A stretch of DNA of 47,797 bases from IMG/VR virus record IMGVR_UViG_2571042438_000008; one strand, written 5' to 3'. The DNA comes from a virus. Its lineage: Duplodnaviria; Heunggongvirae; Uroviricota; Caudoviricetes. The notes beneath the pieces were generated by a model. It had not been told where the DNA came from, did no database searches, and saw only the letters and a program-made list of their open reading frames with translations. Positions 30,037-40,587 of the stretch are shown one piece after another. The translations under genes were made by a program, and so were the position numbers. The stretch's first letter is position 1; the number at the start of each line of letters is the position of its first letter.

Positions 30037-30587
30037 TGGCCATCGTCAGTAAGTCAGAGTTTGCCCGCCGGAAAGGTATTTCTCCGGCAATGGTTACGAA
30101 GCTCTGTCGTTCCGGTCGCATTCCAGTGCTGAAAAGCGGCAAGCTGGATTTTGATAAAGCCAGTGCGGCTTATGAAGCGAGCCGACAGGTTGGTCGTGAG
30201 GTATCTGCTGAAAATGGAAAAAGAGGGCATGGGATATCTTCGGAACAACCAGAGTTACCCGCTGATGATGCCGGATTAGCTGGTGGTACTTCCGGTGTTG
30301 CGGTGCAATTCAACAAGGCTAAGACCGCAGAAAAAATTTATCAGGCAAAGCTGAAACGCCTTGAATTTGAAGAAAAGGAAGGCTCTCTCATCGCTAAAGA
30401 TGCGGTCAGGGATGATGCATTTCTGGCAGCTAATGAATTGCGTAGCCGCTTATTTAGTATTGCTCCAAGAGCAGCTCCCCGTTGTGAAGGCAAAACAGCC
30501 AGGGAGATCGAACGCATTATTGAAGACGAGATTAATTTTGCGCTTCAGGCGCTCCAGGAATCCCGATTTATTAAGCAGGAAGAATAA
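30036..30587 (+). CDS. Terminase small subunit (Nu1-like wHTH N-terminus)
   Basis: MAIVSKSEFARRKGISPAMVTKLCRSGRIPV resembles the Nu1-type N-terminal DNA-binding domain. The gene is immediately upstream of TerL. Confidence 0.7.
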   Translation: MAIVSKSEFARRKGISPAMVTKLCRSGRIPVLKSGKLDFDKASAAYEASRQVGREVSAENGKRGHGISSEQPELPADDAGLAGGTSGVAVQFNKAKTAEKIYQAKLKRLEFEEKEGSLIAKDAVRDDAFLAANELRSRLFSIAPRAAPRCEGKTAREIERIIEDEINFALQALQESRFIKQEE

Positions 30588-30592
30588 ACCTC

Positions 30593-32449
30593 ATGGGCGA
30601 AACAGTATGGAGCACCGCTTTTTTCCGTGCGCTTCGCCCTAAATCACGGCTAACTGTTTCCGAATGGGCTGATAAGTATCGTCATGTAGCGCCGGGAACG
30701 TCTCCAGAGCCAGGGCCGTGGCGTACAAGCCGAGTGCCATATTTGCGTGAACCAATGGATGTTATTGGTGACGCTGATACAGAAACAGTAGTGATGCAAT
30801 GTAGCTCGCAAATTGGTAAATCCGAATTACAGCTAAATGTTATGGGTTACTTTGCAGATCAGGAGCCATCTCCTCAGTTGATGATTTATCCAACGGTAGA
30901 GGCGGCTGAGGCTTTTTCAAAGGAGCGTATTGATCCGACGTTCAAATATTCCCCTGGTTTGAAACACAAGCTGCATGAAGGGAAAGAGGGGCGCGGTGCA
31001 GCCAAAAAGTCCAGCACGACTATACGTATGAAGCATTACGCTGGTGGATATATAGCACTTGTTGGTGCTAATTCCCCAGCAGGTCTTGCATCCAGGCCAA
31101 TTCGAATACTGTTAGCTGATGAGATTGATCGTTACGGTGTGACGCAGGAGGGCGACCCACTAAAACTAGGTATTCAGCGTACTACCAACTTTCATAATCG
31201 TAAGAAAGTTTTTGTTTCTACTCCTGTTTTGGAGGAAACGAGCAAAATCCACAAGTGGTTTAAGCTCTCCGATCAGCGTTACTACCATGTTCCTTGCCCA
31301 TGTTGTGGCACCATGCAGGTGATGAAATGGTCGCAAGTCAGATGGGATAAGAGCGATTCAGGTGAGGCGTTACCGGAAACGGCCAGATATGAGTGCTGTG
31401 AGTGCGGCGGGATTATGCGCGGATCTGGTAAACCAGACGTTGATTGGTTGGCGAAGGGGGTATGGATAGCTGAACATACTGGAGTTAAAGGTATTGTTGG
31501 TTTTCATATTAACAGTCTTTACTCCCCGTGGGTTGCATTGTCAGAGCTGGTTGAAGAATTTACGGAAGCAACCAGAAACCGCGATAAAAATGGATTAATG
31601 GAGTTTATTAACCTTAAGCTGGGTGAGCCATGGAAAGAGGATGCTAAAGACGATATCGATCCTGAATACTTGTTGCAACGCAGAATAAGGTTTGAAGAGT
31701 TTTTACCAGATGATGTTTTATTGTTAAGTGCTGGTGTTGACGTACAGGACACGTATTTAGTTTGTGAATTGGTCGGTTGGGGAAAAGGTAAGGAGTCATG
31801 GGGGATAGAATATAAAATATTCCCAGGTGATCCCGCACAAGATGTTGTCTGGAAACAACTTGATGAATACTTACTCCGTAGCTGGTCATTCCGTGACGGT
31901 CGAAAATTACAGATTTCTTCCGTTTGTATTGACTCTGGTGGGCATTTTACGACAGAGGTATATCGCTTTACTAAGCCGAGAGAATCAAGGCGAATATACT
32001 CTATCAGGGGGCGTGGTGGGGTAGGTTTACCGTTTATAGGAAAGCCAAGTAATAATAACCGTGTGGGTGCTATGTTGTTTAATTTGGGGGTTGATGATGG
32101 TAAAGGGACCATCATGGCAAGAATTAAACTACATGATCCTGGTCCTGGTTATATGCATTTCCCATTAGATTCTGACAGAGGATATGATACCGAATACTTT
32201 AAAGGATTATTATCAGAGAAGAAAATATTTGAATATAAAAATGGGCAGACAAAAGAAAAGTGGGTAAAAGTCTACGAGCGTAACGAGCCTCTTGATTGCC
32301 GTAACTATGCAACTGCCGCGATGGAAATTCTGAACCCTAATTTTAACTGGCTTGCCGAACAGGAAATGCGAGGTAATGTGTATGTGCAGAACTCGTCAGG
32401 TATACGTAGAAGACGCCGTAGAGTTATAAGTAAAGGCGTAACCATATAG
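30593..32449 (+). CDS. Terminase large subunit, lambda GpA family
   Basis: 618 aa. The N-terminal block LTVSEWADKYRHVAPGTSPEPGPWRTSRVPYLREPMD and a Walker-like SSQIGKSE fit GpA. It is followed by W, portal and protease genes in lambda order. Confidence 0.9.
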   Translation: MGETVWSTAFFRALRPKSRLTVSEWADKYRHVAPGTSPEPGPWRTSRVPYLREPMDVIGDADTETVVMQCSSQIGKSELQLNVMGYFADQEPSPQLMIYPTVEAAEAFSKERIDPTFKYSPGLKHKLHEGKEGRGAAKKSSTTIRMKHYAGGYIALVGANSPAGLASRPIRILLADEIDRYGVTQEGDPLKLGIQRTTNFHNRKKVFVSTPVLEETSKIHKWFKLSDQRYYHVPCPCCGTMQVMKWSQVRWDKSDSGEALPETARYECCECGGIMRGSGKPDVDWLAKGVWIAEHTGVKGIVGFHINSLYSPWVALSELVEEFTEATRNRDKNGLMEFINLKLGEPWKEDAKDDIDPEYLLQRRIRFEEFLPDDVLLLSAGVDVQDTYLVCELVGWGKGKESWGIEYKIFPGDPAQDVVWKQLDEYLLRSWSFRDGRKLQISSVCIDSGGHFTTEVYRFTKPRESRRIYSIRGRGGVGLPFIGKPSNNNRVGAMLFNLGVDDGKGTIMARIKLHDPGPGYMHFPLDSDRGYDTEYFKGLLSEKKIFEYKNGQTKEKWVKVYERNEPLDCRNYATAAMEILNPNFNWLAEQEMRGNVYVQNSSGIRRRRRRVISKGVTI

Positions 32450-32460
32450 AGGAAATATAA

Positions 32461-32700
32461 ATGAACAATGAAGCATTTTCTCTGACTGAAGCCAGAGAGA
32501 TGTTATCTGTCTGGCGGGAAGCATATCGCGCTATTGCTATTGGCGGTCAGTCATATAAATTTGGTACGCGGCAGTTAACTCGTGCGGATTTATCAGAAGT
32601 CAGAAAAGAGATGGATTACTGGCGTAATGAAGTAGAAAGATTATCAGCAGGTATACGCCGAGGCCCACGAATTAAACGAGTGGTGATAAGAGATTTATGA
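32461..32700 (+). CDS. Head-tail joining protein, lambda gpW-like
   Basis: 79 aa between TerL and the portal gene. ..YKFGTRQLTRADLSEVRKEMDYWRNEVERL. Confidence 0.7.
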   Translation: MNNEAFSLTEAREMLSVWREAYRAIAIGGQSYKFGTRQLTRADLSEVRKEMDYWRNEVERLSAGIRRGPRIKRVVIRDL

Positions 32701-34271
32701 ATATTCTTGATCGAGTTATTGCGCCGTTTTCACCTCAGAGGGCATTAAATCGAGCTTTGGCAAGAAAACGGTTAGAAGCACTTGAAGGTATTAATAACCT
32801 TGGATATTCACGTCATGGTGCAAGCACTCATAAAAAATCATTAAGGGGTTGGTTTAGTAAAGCTGGTTCTCCTGATGATGATATTGTTAAAAATATAGAT
32901 AAATTGCGTGAGCGTTCTCGTGATCTCTTCATGGGAAACCCGCTATCGGTTGGCGCAATAAAAACTATCAGGACAAACGTTGTTGGTTCCGGTTTAAAAC
33001 TAAATGCGAACATTGATGCCGATTTCTTGGGGATGACGCAGGAAGAAGCGCGAGCATGGGAAAAGCATGTTGAGCGTGAGTTTAGATTATGGGCTGATTC
33101 TCCAAATTGTGATGCATCAAGAATGTGTACTTTTGGACAATTGCAATCATTGGTCCAAATATCTGCGTTAACATCTGGCGATATATTTGCTGCGCTACCA
33201 GTTATTAAGCGTAAGGGTGTTATATATGATTTGTGCGTCTATTTAATTGAAGGTGATCGTGTTTGCAATCCAGAGGATCGTTTTATACCAAATCTTTACG
33301 GTGGCGTAGAGGTTGGTGAATTTAGCGAGCCTGTGGCGTACTGGGTTGCAAAACATCACCCAGCCGGGACTTCTGGTTTTGTAACCCGCAAGTGGGAACG
33401 TATTCCCGCATATGGGAGTAAAACAGGAAGAAGAAATATTCTGCATGTCATGCAGGATTTTGAAAGGCCTGGGCAACGCCGTGGCGTTCCTGTCCTTGCT
33501 CCTGTAATTGAAGCATTGAAGCAGTTAGGACGATACACCGATGCTGAATTGGTTGCTGCGGTTGTGTCAGGGATGTTTACTGTCTTTATTAAAACAGACG
33601 CTCCTGATGGGCCAGTCGGTGAATCGGGTATCCCTCAGTACGAGCAGATCGATAACCATGATGATAACACCCAAGAAATGGGGAATGGCTCCATAGTAAG
33701 TTTGGGTGAAGGTGAGTCGATAGATACAGCAAATCCCGGGCGACCAAATACGGCATTTGATGGTTTTGTTGTCGCCATATGCCGTCAAATTGGGGCTGCT
33801 TTAGAACTCCCTTACGAACTCTTGGTAAAGCATTTTACAGCAAGTTATAGCGCAAGCAGGGCCGCATTACTTGAAGCCTGGAAAATGTTCCGTATGCGAC
33901 GTGACTGGATGGTTCAGTCATTTTGCCAACCGATCTATGAGGAATGGTTGGCCGAAGCCGTTGCTAAAGGTCGTGTTATTGCCCCTGGTTTTTTTTATGG
34001 GCCTGAATATCGCGCTGCATGGAGTGGCGCTCAATGGTATGGCCCATCACAAGGCCAATTAGATCCCCTTAAAGAAGTCAAAGCTGCAAAACTGCGTGTT
34101 GAGGAAACATTCTCTACCCGTGAAAAAGAAGCGGCTGAAATGTCAGGTCTTAACTGGGAAGAAACCGCACAAATCTGTGGCAGAGAAGAGAATGCTCGCC
34201 GTGAGTTGGGGCTTATTACACCTCCTGTTTCTGAGGTAAATGAACAAAATATGGAGACTGATGATGCCTAA
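32697..34271 (+). CDS. Portal protein, lambda gpB family
   Basis: 524 aa, with position and size matching lambda-type portals. Confidence 0.85.
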   Translation: MNILDRVIAPFSPQRALNRALARKRLEALEGINNLGYSRHGASTHKKSLRGWFSKAGSPDDDIVKNIDKLRERSRDLFMGNPLSVGAIKTIRTNVVGSGLKLNANIDADFLGMTQEEARAWEKHVEREFRLWADSPNCDASRMCTFGQLQSLVQISALTSGDIFAALPVIKRKGVIYDLCVYLIEGDRVCNPEDRFIPNLYGGVEVGEFSEPVAYWVAKHHPAGTSGFVTRKWERIPAYGSKTGRRNILHVMQDFERPGQRRGVPVLAPVIEALKQLGRYTDAELVAAVVSGMFTVFIKTDAPDGPVGESGIPQYEQIDNHDDNTQEMGNGSIVSLGEGESIDTANPGRPNTAFDGFVVAICRQIGAALELPYELLVKHFTASYSASRAALLEAWKMFRMRRDWMVQSFCQPIYEEWLAEAVAKGRVIAPGFFYGPEYRAAWSGAQWYGPSQGQLDPLKEVKAAKLRVEETFSTREKEAAEMSGLNWEETAQICGREENARRELGLITPPVSEVNEQNMETDDA

Positions 34272-35328
34272 TTGGTGGGAAATAAAAAATAGCACGGGTG
34301 AAGATGACTCTCCGGCTGAACTTTTAATTTACGGGTATATTGGTGAATTTGATGAGGTTTCTTCTTCTGACATAGTTAATAAATTAAAGGATATTTCATC
34401 AAATACTATCAACGTAAAAATTAATAGTTATGGTGGTTCTGTTTTTACTGCTCAAGCTATTCTTTCATCATTAAAGCGTCATAAGGCGAATATTACGGTT
34501 TATATCGACGGGATTGCTGCATCGGCTGCAACTATTATTGCAATGGCGGGTGATAAAATTATTATCCCATCTAATGCTATGATGATGATCCATAATCCGT
34601 GGACATTTGCTGCTGGCGATGCGGATGAATTGCGTGATATTGCTGAGATGATGGATAAGATACGCAATAGTATTTTATCTGCATATAAGGAGAAAACAGG
34701 GCTTTCTGAGGATAAATTAATTGAACTAATGGATCAGGAAACATGGCTAAATGCAGAAGAGGCTGTAGAGCTTGGATTTGCTGACGAAGTTGAAAAACCA
34801 ATACGCTTATCCGCTTCTATAAAGGAAGGGATGCTTTCGCTTAATGGAATAACTTTTGAAGCATCAAGGTTTTCAAAATTACCTGATTCACTCGCAAAGT
34901 TGCCGCAAAATAAAAATGAGTTATCTACTGAATCAAATGAACAAAATGAGGACGATATTGTGACTCTTGATGAATTAAAAAATAAATATCCAGAATTATA
35001 CAATCAGGTTTTTAATGCTGGTAAAGACGAGGGCGTTAAATCAGAACGCGAGCGCATTGAAACAATCGAGAATAGCGTGATTCCTGGTCATGACGACCTG
35101 GTTAAGAATGCAAAATTCAAAACAGGAGTTTCTGCGGCTGAACTTGCTTTGGAAATTATGAATGCAGAGCGAGCGCGTAACAAAAACTTTCTTAATCAAC
35201 GGCAAGAAGACGCAAGTGAGGTGAATGATTCAGTTGATGTTAATCAACCAGAAAACAACGGCAACAAACAGGCTGAAGCAGTAAAAAATGTTATTGGGTC
35301 AGTATTTAAAAACCGCGATAAAAATTAA
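34261..35328 (+). CDS. Head maturation protease / scaffold (ClpP/S49-like, lambda gpC family)
   Basis: INSYGGSVFTAQAILSSLKRHKANITVYIDGIAASAATIIAMAGDKIIIPSNAMMMIHNPW. GGAGA Shine-Dalgarno before ATG 34261 (the ORF is open from 34240). Confidence 0.85.
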   Translation: MMPNWWEIKNSTGEDDSPAELLIYGYIGEFDEVSSSDIVNKLKDISSNTINVKINSYGGSVFTAQAILSSLKRHKANITVYIDGIAASAATIIAMAGDKIIIPSNAMMMIHNPWTFAAGDADELRDIAEMMDKIRNSILSAYKEKTGLSEDKLIELMDQETWLNAEEAVELGFADEVEKPIRLSASIKEGMLSLNGITFEASRFSKLPDSLAKLPQNKNELSTESNEQNEDDIVTLDELKNKYPELYNQVFNAGKDEGVKSERERIETIENSVIPGHDDLVKNAKFKTGVSAAELALEIMNAERARNKNFLNQRQEDASEVNDSVDVNQPENNGNKQAEAVKNVIGSVFKNRDKN

Positions 35329-35337
35329 GGTGAGTTT

Positions 35338-35721
35338 ATGCGAGAGTCTTTTTCATTTGAACCAGATAATCTGATTATTTCTGGTGGTATGCCAGCAATT
35401 CCAACAAGTATTAAACTTGCCAGCGGTAAAGTAAAACGGGGTGAGTTACTTGCTTTTGTCAGTATTGATCAGACAACAAATGTTGTCACTGTGGCGCCAA
35501 TAAATCTCTCTGGTGAAGGGGAGGCAAAAGAACCGTATTGTATCGCTCAACACAATATTGATGCGACTGATTCAGCGCAAGTTGGAACAGCATGGCTGAC
35601 CGGAATGTTCAATGCACATGCGGTTATCCTTCCTGAATCAGCAAAGATTGCCGATGTATATCTGGCTTGCCGGAAGGTTGGGATATTCCTTAATACCGCA
35701 CAACAAAATCCATCTGCATAA
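35338..35721 (+). CDS. Head decoration protein (lambda gpD-like)
   Basis: 127 aa, immediately upstream of the major capsid gene. Confidence 0.65.
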   Translation: MRESFSFEPDNLIISGGMPAIPTSIKLASGKVKRGELLAFVSIDQTTNVVTVAPINLSGEGEAKEPYCIAQHNIDATDSAQVGTAWLTGMFNAHAVILPESAKIADVYLACRKVGIFLNTAQQNPSA

Positions 35722-35741
35722 TATAAAGAGGTCGTATTTTT

Positions 35742-36785
35742 ATGCCGAATATTGATATTTTTGAACGACGTACAATGCTTGAGCCTGTTATTCAGAATTT
35801 CAAGGCTCGTCGTTTTCTTCTTCGTACCTTTTTTCCTGGTGTTCAGACCTTTAATACAAAGAAAGTTGATCTGGATTTTGTTCGCGGGGGCCGTACTATG
35901 GCTCCGTTTGTTGGTAAAGGTTTTGGCTCAAAAACCGTTGAGCGACGCGGCTTTGTAACGAGAACTCTGGAGCCACCACTTGTTGCACCTGATTTGGTAA
36001 CAACAGCCGAGCTGCTTTTAAACAGGCTTCCGGGTGAGAATATTTACAACGCAAAATCGCCAGAAGAACGAGCCGCCGAGCAATTAGGTAAAGATTTGCT
36101 TGAGCTTGATGAAATGGTTAACCGCCGTGAAGAATGGATGTGTGCACAAGTCTTGTTTACGGGGCAGGTTGATATTGTTGGTGAAGGAGTGGATGACACA
36201 GTTTATTTTTGGCCTGAAGAGGAAGGAGATAAACCATATCTTGAACTGACAGGTGATGATTTATGGAGTGCAGCAAAATCAGATCCGTTGGTCAATGTTC
36301 GCAACTGGAAACGTCGGGTATCACTAACTTCAGGTTTTACACCTCGTGTTGCCGTAATGGGCGCAAAAGTTGTTGATGCCTTCGTTAAAAATGAAGCAGT
36401 AACTAAATATCTTGATAATCGCCGAAAAGAGCTTGGGTATATTGAGCCTAAGGAGTTAGAAGAAGGCGTAACTCATTATGGCAATCTTGAAGGTGTCGAT
36501 TTTTATGGTTACGACGAACTTATTCGCAATGATAAAACAGGAAAACCAGAACCATTAGTACCGGAAGATAAGATCCTCTTTGGCTCTCCTGGTCGAGGAA
36601 CGATGCTGTATGGTGCTGTAGAGCTTGTAGATGACGCCGAAAAGACTCTAACGATTGTTGAGTCGCCACGAGTTCCAGACACCTGGGTAACTCGTAAGCC
36701 GGCTGGCCGTTATGTTGCCATGAAGTCATCTCCACTGCCTAATCCTGGTGTGGCTGATGCCTATCTGGTGGCTAAGGTGGTTTAA
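35742..36785 (+). CDS. Major capsid protein (lambda gpE family)
   Basis: 347 aa. N-terminal MPNIDIFERRTMLEPVIQNFKARRFLLRTFFP and position in the lambda gene order. Confidence 0.85.
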   Translation: MPNIDIFERRTMLEPVIQNFKARRFLLRTFFPGVQTFNTKKVDLDFVRGGRTMAPFVGKGFGSKTVERRGFVTRTLEPPLVAPDLVTTAELLLNRLPGENIYNAKSPEERAAEQLGKDLLELDEMVNRREEWMCAQVLFTGQVDIVGEGVDDTVYFWPEEEGDKPYLELTGDDLWSAAKSDPLVNVRNWKRRVSLTSGFTPRVAVMGAKVVDAFVKNEAVTKYLDNRRKELGYIEPKELEEGVTHYGNLEGVDFYGYDELIRNDKTGKPEPLVPEDKILFGSPGRGTMLYGAVELVDDAEKTLTIVESPRVPDTWVTRKPAGRYVAMKSSPLPNPGVADAYLVAKVV

Positions 36786-37178
36786 ATGGCCAGACTGATT
36801 AAAAACATTGATACGATAAGCCACGGCTCGCTAAAAGCGGGCCGTTTGCTTAATGGGCTAATGGATAACTCCAGAATTGCCGAACTGATTGCGTCAGGAC
36901 ATGCTATTGCCACCGAAGAGGATGGTGATTTGGCATCGGCTGGGGGCTATGATGCTGCTAAGTTAGCTTTTGAGCATGGATACGCATCTGCTGTTAATGA
37001 TGCTGTGGACGCAGGGTTGATTACGCGAACGGAGGCGGGTAGCTGTGTATTCGAGGTTGAGTTTGAGGATGATGGCGGCAATGAGGAAATGGTTGCTGAT
37101 GATTCATCTGAGTCTGTAGCTACTTCTGATACCAGTAATGCGAAAAAATCAACGCAAAAAAAAGGTAATAAGAAGTAA
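36786..37178 (+). CDS. Hypothetical head-associated protein (acidic, Lys-rich tail)
   Basis: 130-aa ORF with a TAAATG junction to the capsid gene. Confidence 0.55.
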   Translation: MARLIKNIDTISHGSLKAGRLLNGLMDNSRIAELIASGHAIATEEDGDLASAGGYDAAKLAFEHGYASAVNDAVDAGLITRTEAGSCVFEVEFEDDGGNEEMVADDSSESVATSDTSNAKKSTQKKGNKK

Positions 37179-37522
37179 TGAACTCCTTCAAAGAGGTTAT
37201 AGCGCAAGATATTTCTGCAATATTCCTCAATGAAAAAGAGTTTGCCGATACATATAACATAGACGGCAAGGATATCCTTGCCGTTATTGATACAGACCTT
37301 ATTCATGAGCGTAATAAACGCTCATATGCTGAGTTTGCAGAGGGAATAAATCAGGGGCAAATAATATTATTTGTTTCAAGAAAAGATTTTCCTGTTCTCC
37401 CTGTCAAAGACCAGTCAATGAAAATCAACGGTAAAAGTTATATTGTTGATGAAGTATCAGATAATGTTGGTGTATTGGAAATAACTCTCACTGTTAATAC
37501 TAACAGAGGAATGCCGATTTGA
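37178..37522 (+). CDS. Head-tail connector/adaptor candidate
   Basis: 114-aa ORF with an overlapping junction, positioned between the head and tail modules. Confidence 0.5.
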   Translation: MNSFKEVIAQDISAIFLNEKEFADTYNIDGKDILAVIDTDLIHERNKRSYAEFAEGINQGQIILFVSRKDFPVLPVKDQSMKINGKSYIVDEVSDNVGVLEITLTVNTNRGMPI

Positions 37523-38004
37523 TTAATCTTTTGATAGATGCAATAAAAAATCGGTTGGAACATGAGGTTTTCCATGATTTATTAGTGCAGGGGCCTCCTT
37601 ATGATGAAACAGACAGCGATATTAAATTGTTTGTTCCAACAATATTTAAAGGGTACTTGCCTCCTAAATCACAACCATCTCCAGATAAACCGCCAGAATT
37701 TCCTCATGTGATTATCAGACCCACGGAAGGAGGAATGCAGCCTGAAACGGATGAAGTTAAGGTTAAGTTTCTTCTAGGTGGTTTTTGTGAGGACCATACT
37801 GGGTATGAATGGGTAATGGCTCTTCTTGAAAGGATGATGTTTCATTTTCAGGAGAAGCCTTTACTTGAAGAGAAATTTCTCTTTCAGGGTGATATCAGAT
37901 GGCGAATGTTTGATGATCAACCATATCCATATTGGATAACGGAAGCAACTGGAACGTGGCTAGTATTAAAGCCTCAGAATATTCAGTCTCAGGAGTTTAT
38001 CTAA
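37519..38004 (+). CDS. Head-tail joining / tail completion candidate
   Basis: 161-aa ORF (TTG start) with an overlapping junction. Confidence 0.5.
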   Translation: MINLLIDAIKNRLEHEVFHDLLVQGPPYDETDSDIKLFVPTIFKGYLPPKSQPSPDKPPEFPHVIIRPTEGGMQPETDEVKVKFLLGGFCEDHTGYEWVMALLERMMFHFQEKPLLEEKFLFQGDIRWRMFDDQPYPYWITEATGTWLVLKPQNIQSQEFI

Positions 38005-38295
38005 ATGGCTAATAAGAAAAGTAGTAAAGAAGATATAGAAAAGAAGGAAGATGTTGCTCAAACATTTGTATATATAGGACCAACAATCCCTCAACTCTCA
38101 ATTTTGAAGCATAAACTATTTAAGAATGGCTTATCTCCAGAGTGTGAAAAATTAATATCACATATTCCTGGTGCAAAGTGTTTGTTTGTGGCAACCAGTG
38201 ATTTTGCAGATGCAGAAAAAAGACTTTCTGATAAAACCAGTGTCGAGTATGTAATGTACTCTAGAGTTTCTTCTTCTATCATGGAGATTAAATAA
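38005..38295 (+). CDS. Hypothetical virion-module protein
   Basis: 96-aa ORF directly upstream of the sheath gene. Confidence 0.5.
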   Translation: MANKKSSKEDIEKKEDVAQTFVYIGPTIPQLSILKHKLFKNGLSPECEKLISHIPGAKCLFVATSDFADAEKRLSDKTSVEYVMYSRVSSSIMEIK

Positions 38296-39758
38296 TGGGA
38301 TATCGCCACGGTATTTATATATCTGAGCTGGCTACATCTATAACTCCTCCAGTACAAGTTAGTGCTGGGTTGATTGTCGCATTTGGTACAGCTCCTGTTA
38401 ATCAGTTAGAAGATCCAGCCTCAGCGGTAAATAAACCTATCATTGCTTATACATACGCAGAGGCCGTATCTAAAATAGGATATAGCACAAACTTCGAGAA
38501 ATATACTTTAAGCGAAGTAATTAAAGTCGCATTTGGAATATATGGTGTTGCGCCAGTTGTATTTATCAATGTGCTTGATCCAGCAAAGCATAAGAAAGAC
38601 GTAACTGATGAGGTAGTAAAACTTTCTGGCGGGAAAGGTACGCTCTCTAACGATGGTGTCTTATATAAATCTGTTGTTGTGAAAAAAGCAGATGGTGATT
38701 CGGCAGGGTTAACGGTTGATACCGATTATGTGCTGGCGCTGGATGATAATGGCTATACGGTCATTACCGCTATTAGCGGAGGAAAAATTACCGAAAAAGA
38801 CGCTACTCTTAAGGTTAGTTATACACATCTTGATCCCGGTGCCGTAACTAAAAATGACATTATCGGTGGTGTGGATTCCAACACTAAAGCCAATACAGGG
38901 CTTGAGTTACTGTCTGATGTGTATCCCCGCTTCAAGTTGGTTCCTGGACAAGTGATTGCGCCTGGATTTAGTTCTGATAGTGAAGTTGGTCAGCTAATGG
39001 CGGCTAAAGCCGCGTTGATTAGTGAATTGTTCAAAGCAGAAGCCATAACTGATGCACCGACCGATAAATCTACTATCAGTGATTACTCGGCTGTTCCTGA
39101 ATGGAAACAGAACAATAATCACATGGCCGCTAACCAGACAGTGTGCTGGCCGATGGTGAAACTTGGTGACAATATTTACCATCACTCAACCCATTTAGCG
39201 GCCGCAACATGCTTGCTGGATAGTCAGTATGGCGATATTCCATCACGTTCTCCGTCAAATATAAAACTACAGATGGACGGTGCTGTACGTAAAGATGGCA
39301 GTGAAGTATGGCTTAACATTAGCCAGGCAAACTACTTAAATGGACAGGGGATTGTAACAAGCCTTAATTTTGATGGTTGGAAATCATGGGGAAACCGTAA
39401 TGCTATTTATCCAACATCTACAGACCCCAAAGACGCATTTCGTGTTTGCCGACGTATGTTTAACTGGGTGGGTAATACGTTAATTCTTTCGCATTGGTCA
39501 AAAATAGACAATCCTGCAAACCGTCGATTAATTGAATCGATTGTTACAAGTGCGAATATTTGGCTTAACGGCCTCACAGGTAATCAGGATATTGCAGGTG
39601 GTGTTGTTACCTTTGATCAGTCTGAAAACACGATTACGTCATTGATGGACGGGATTGTTAAATTCCATGTAAAAATGACACCATTCTCACCTGCCAGAGA
39701 TATAGAGTTCGTCATGGAATATAATCCTGATTATCTGCTGAACTTGTTTTCTGAATAA
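38295..39758 (+). CDS. Tail sheath protein
   Basis: 487 aa. N-terminal GYRHGIYISELATSITPPVQVSAGLIVAFGTAPVN is typical of contractile sheath proteins. The tube gene follows. Confidence 0.85.
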   Translation: MGYRHGIYISELATSITPPVQVSAGLIVAFGTAPVNQLEDPASAVNKPIIAYTYAEAVSKIGYSTNFEKYTLSEVIKVAFGIYGVAPVVFINVLDPAKHKKDVTDEVVKLSGGKGTLSNDGVLYKSVVVKKADGDSAGLTVDTDYVLALDDNGYTVITAISGGKITEKDATLKVSYTHLDPGAVTKNDIIGGVDSNTKANTGLELLSDVYPRFKLVPGQVIAPGFSSDSEVGQLMAAKAALISELFKAEAITDAPTDKSTISDYSAVPEWKQNNNHMAANQTVCWPMVKLGDNIYHHSTHLAAATCLLDSQYGDIPSRSPSNIKLQMDGAVRKDGSEVWLNISQANYLNGQGIVTSLNFDGWKSWGNRNAIYPTSTDPKDAFRVCRRMFNWVGNTLILSHWSKIDNPANRRLIESIVTSANIWLNGLTGNQDIAGGVVTFDQSENTITSLMDGIVKFHVKMTPFSPARDIEFVMEYNPDYLLNLFSE

Positions 39759-39774
39759 ATAATAGGAGGTTGCT

Positions 39775-40296
39775 TTGAGCAATCAAATTCCTGAGAGACT
39801 TATTAACTTTACAGTATACGGTGAGGGAAACCGTATTATCGGTGTTGCTGACGCAAAGCTGCCATCAATTGAGATGATGACAGAAACTGTTAGTGGTGCA
39901 GGTATCGCTGGAGAGCTTGATAGCGGAACGCTGGGGCATTTCAAACCAATGACTGTCTCTCTTAAATGGCGAACTCTGACCTCTGCTGGTACAAAATTAT
40001 TTCTATCCTCATCGCATCAGGTAGATTTTCGCGGTAGCCAGCAGGTTTATGATGCCGGAACAGGAAAATATAAAACGGTTCCTATTCGAGCTTCAATGAA
40101 GCTAAATCCTAAAAAACTGGATTTGGGTTCGCTACAGGTAGCAAAGGCCACTGATTCAGAAAATGAATTCGAAGTTCTCTATATCAAATTATTTATTGAT
40201 GGGAAAGAAGTCTTAGAAATTGATAAGTTGAACTTTATTTGTATCTTTGATGGCGAAGATATATTAAAAACTGTTCGTGATGATTTAGGTTTATAA
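39775..40296 (+). CDS. Tail tube protein (P2 FII family)
   Basis: LINFTVYGEGNRIIGVADAKLPSIEMMTETVSGAGIAGELDSG matches the FII-type signature. Confidence 0.8.
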   Translation: MSNQIPERLINFTVYGEGNRIIGVADAKLPSIEMMTETVSGAGIAGELDSGTLGHFKPMTVSLKWRTLTSAGTKLFLSSSHQVDFRGSQQVYDAGTGKYKTVPIRASMKLNPKKLDLGSLQVAKATDSENEFEVLYIKLFIDGKEVLEIDKLNFICIFDGEDILKTVRDDLGL

Positions 40297-40305
40297 GGTG
40301 AAAAA

Positions 40306-40587
40306 ATGGAAACCGTTAAATTAAGTAAAGAATATCGTTTTGAAGACTTTGAGCCAGTGACTGAACTCAACCTTGATTTAGACAACCTAAAAGGCAGTGA
40401 TATTTTAGAGGTATCGGACTTACTGCAATCTCAAGGGCATGTTTCAGTTCAAACATCACTTGATAATAAAGTCCATGCAGCCTTGGCTGCTCGCTGTATT
40501 GGTCGTCCAATAGAGTATCTGAATGGATTACCAGCGAAAGACTTTGTTAAAGTTTGTCAAAAGGTACAGAATTTTTTGCTCTCGTAG
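40306..40587 (+). CDS. Tail assembly chaperone (P2 gpE-like)
   Basis: 93 aa between the tube and tape-measure genes. The slippery heptamer lies near its 3-prime end. Confidence 0.75.
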   Translation: METVKLSKEYRFEDFEPVTELNLDLDNLKGSDILEVSDLLQSQGHVSVQTSLDNKVHAALAARCIGRPIEYLNGLPAKDFVKVCQKVQNFLLS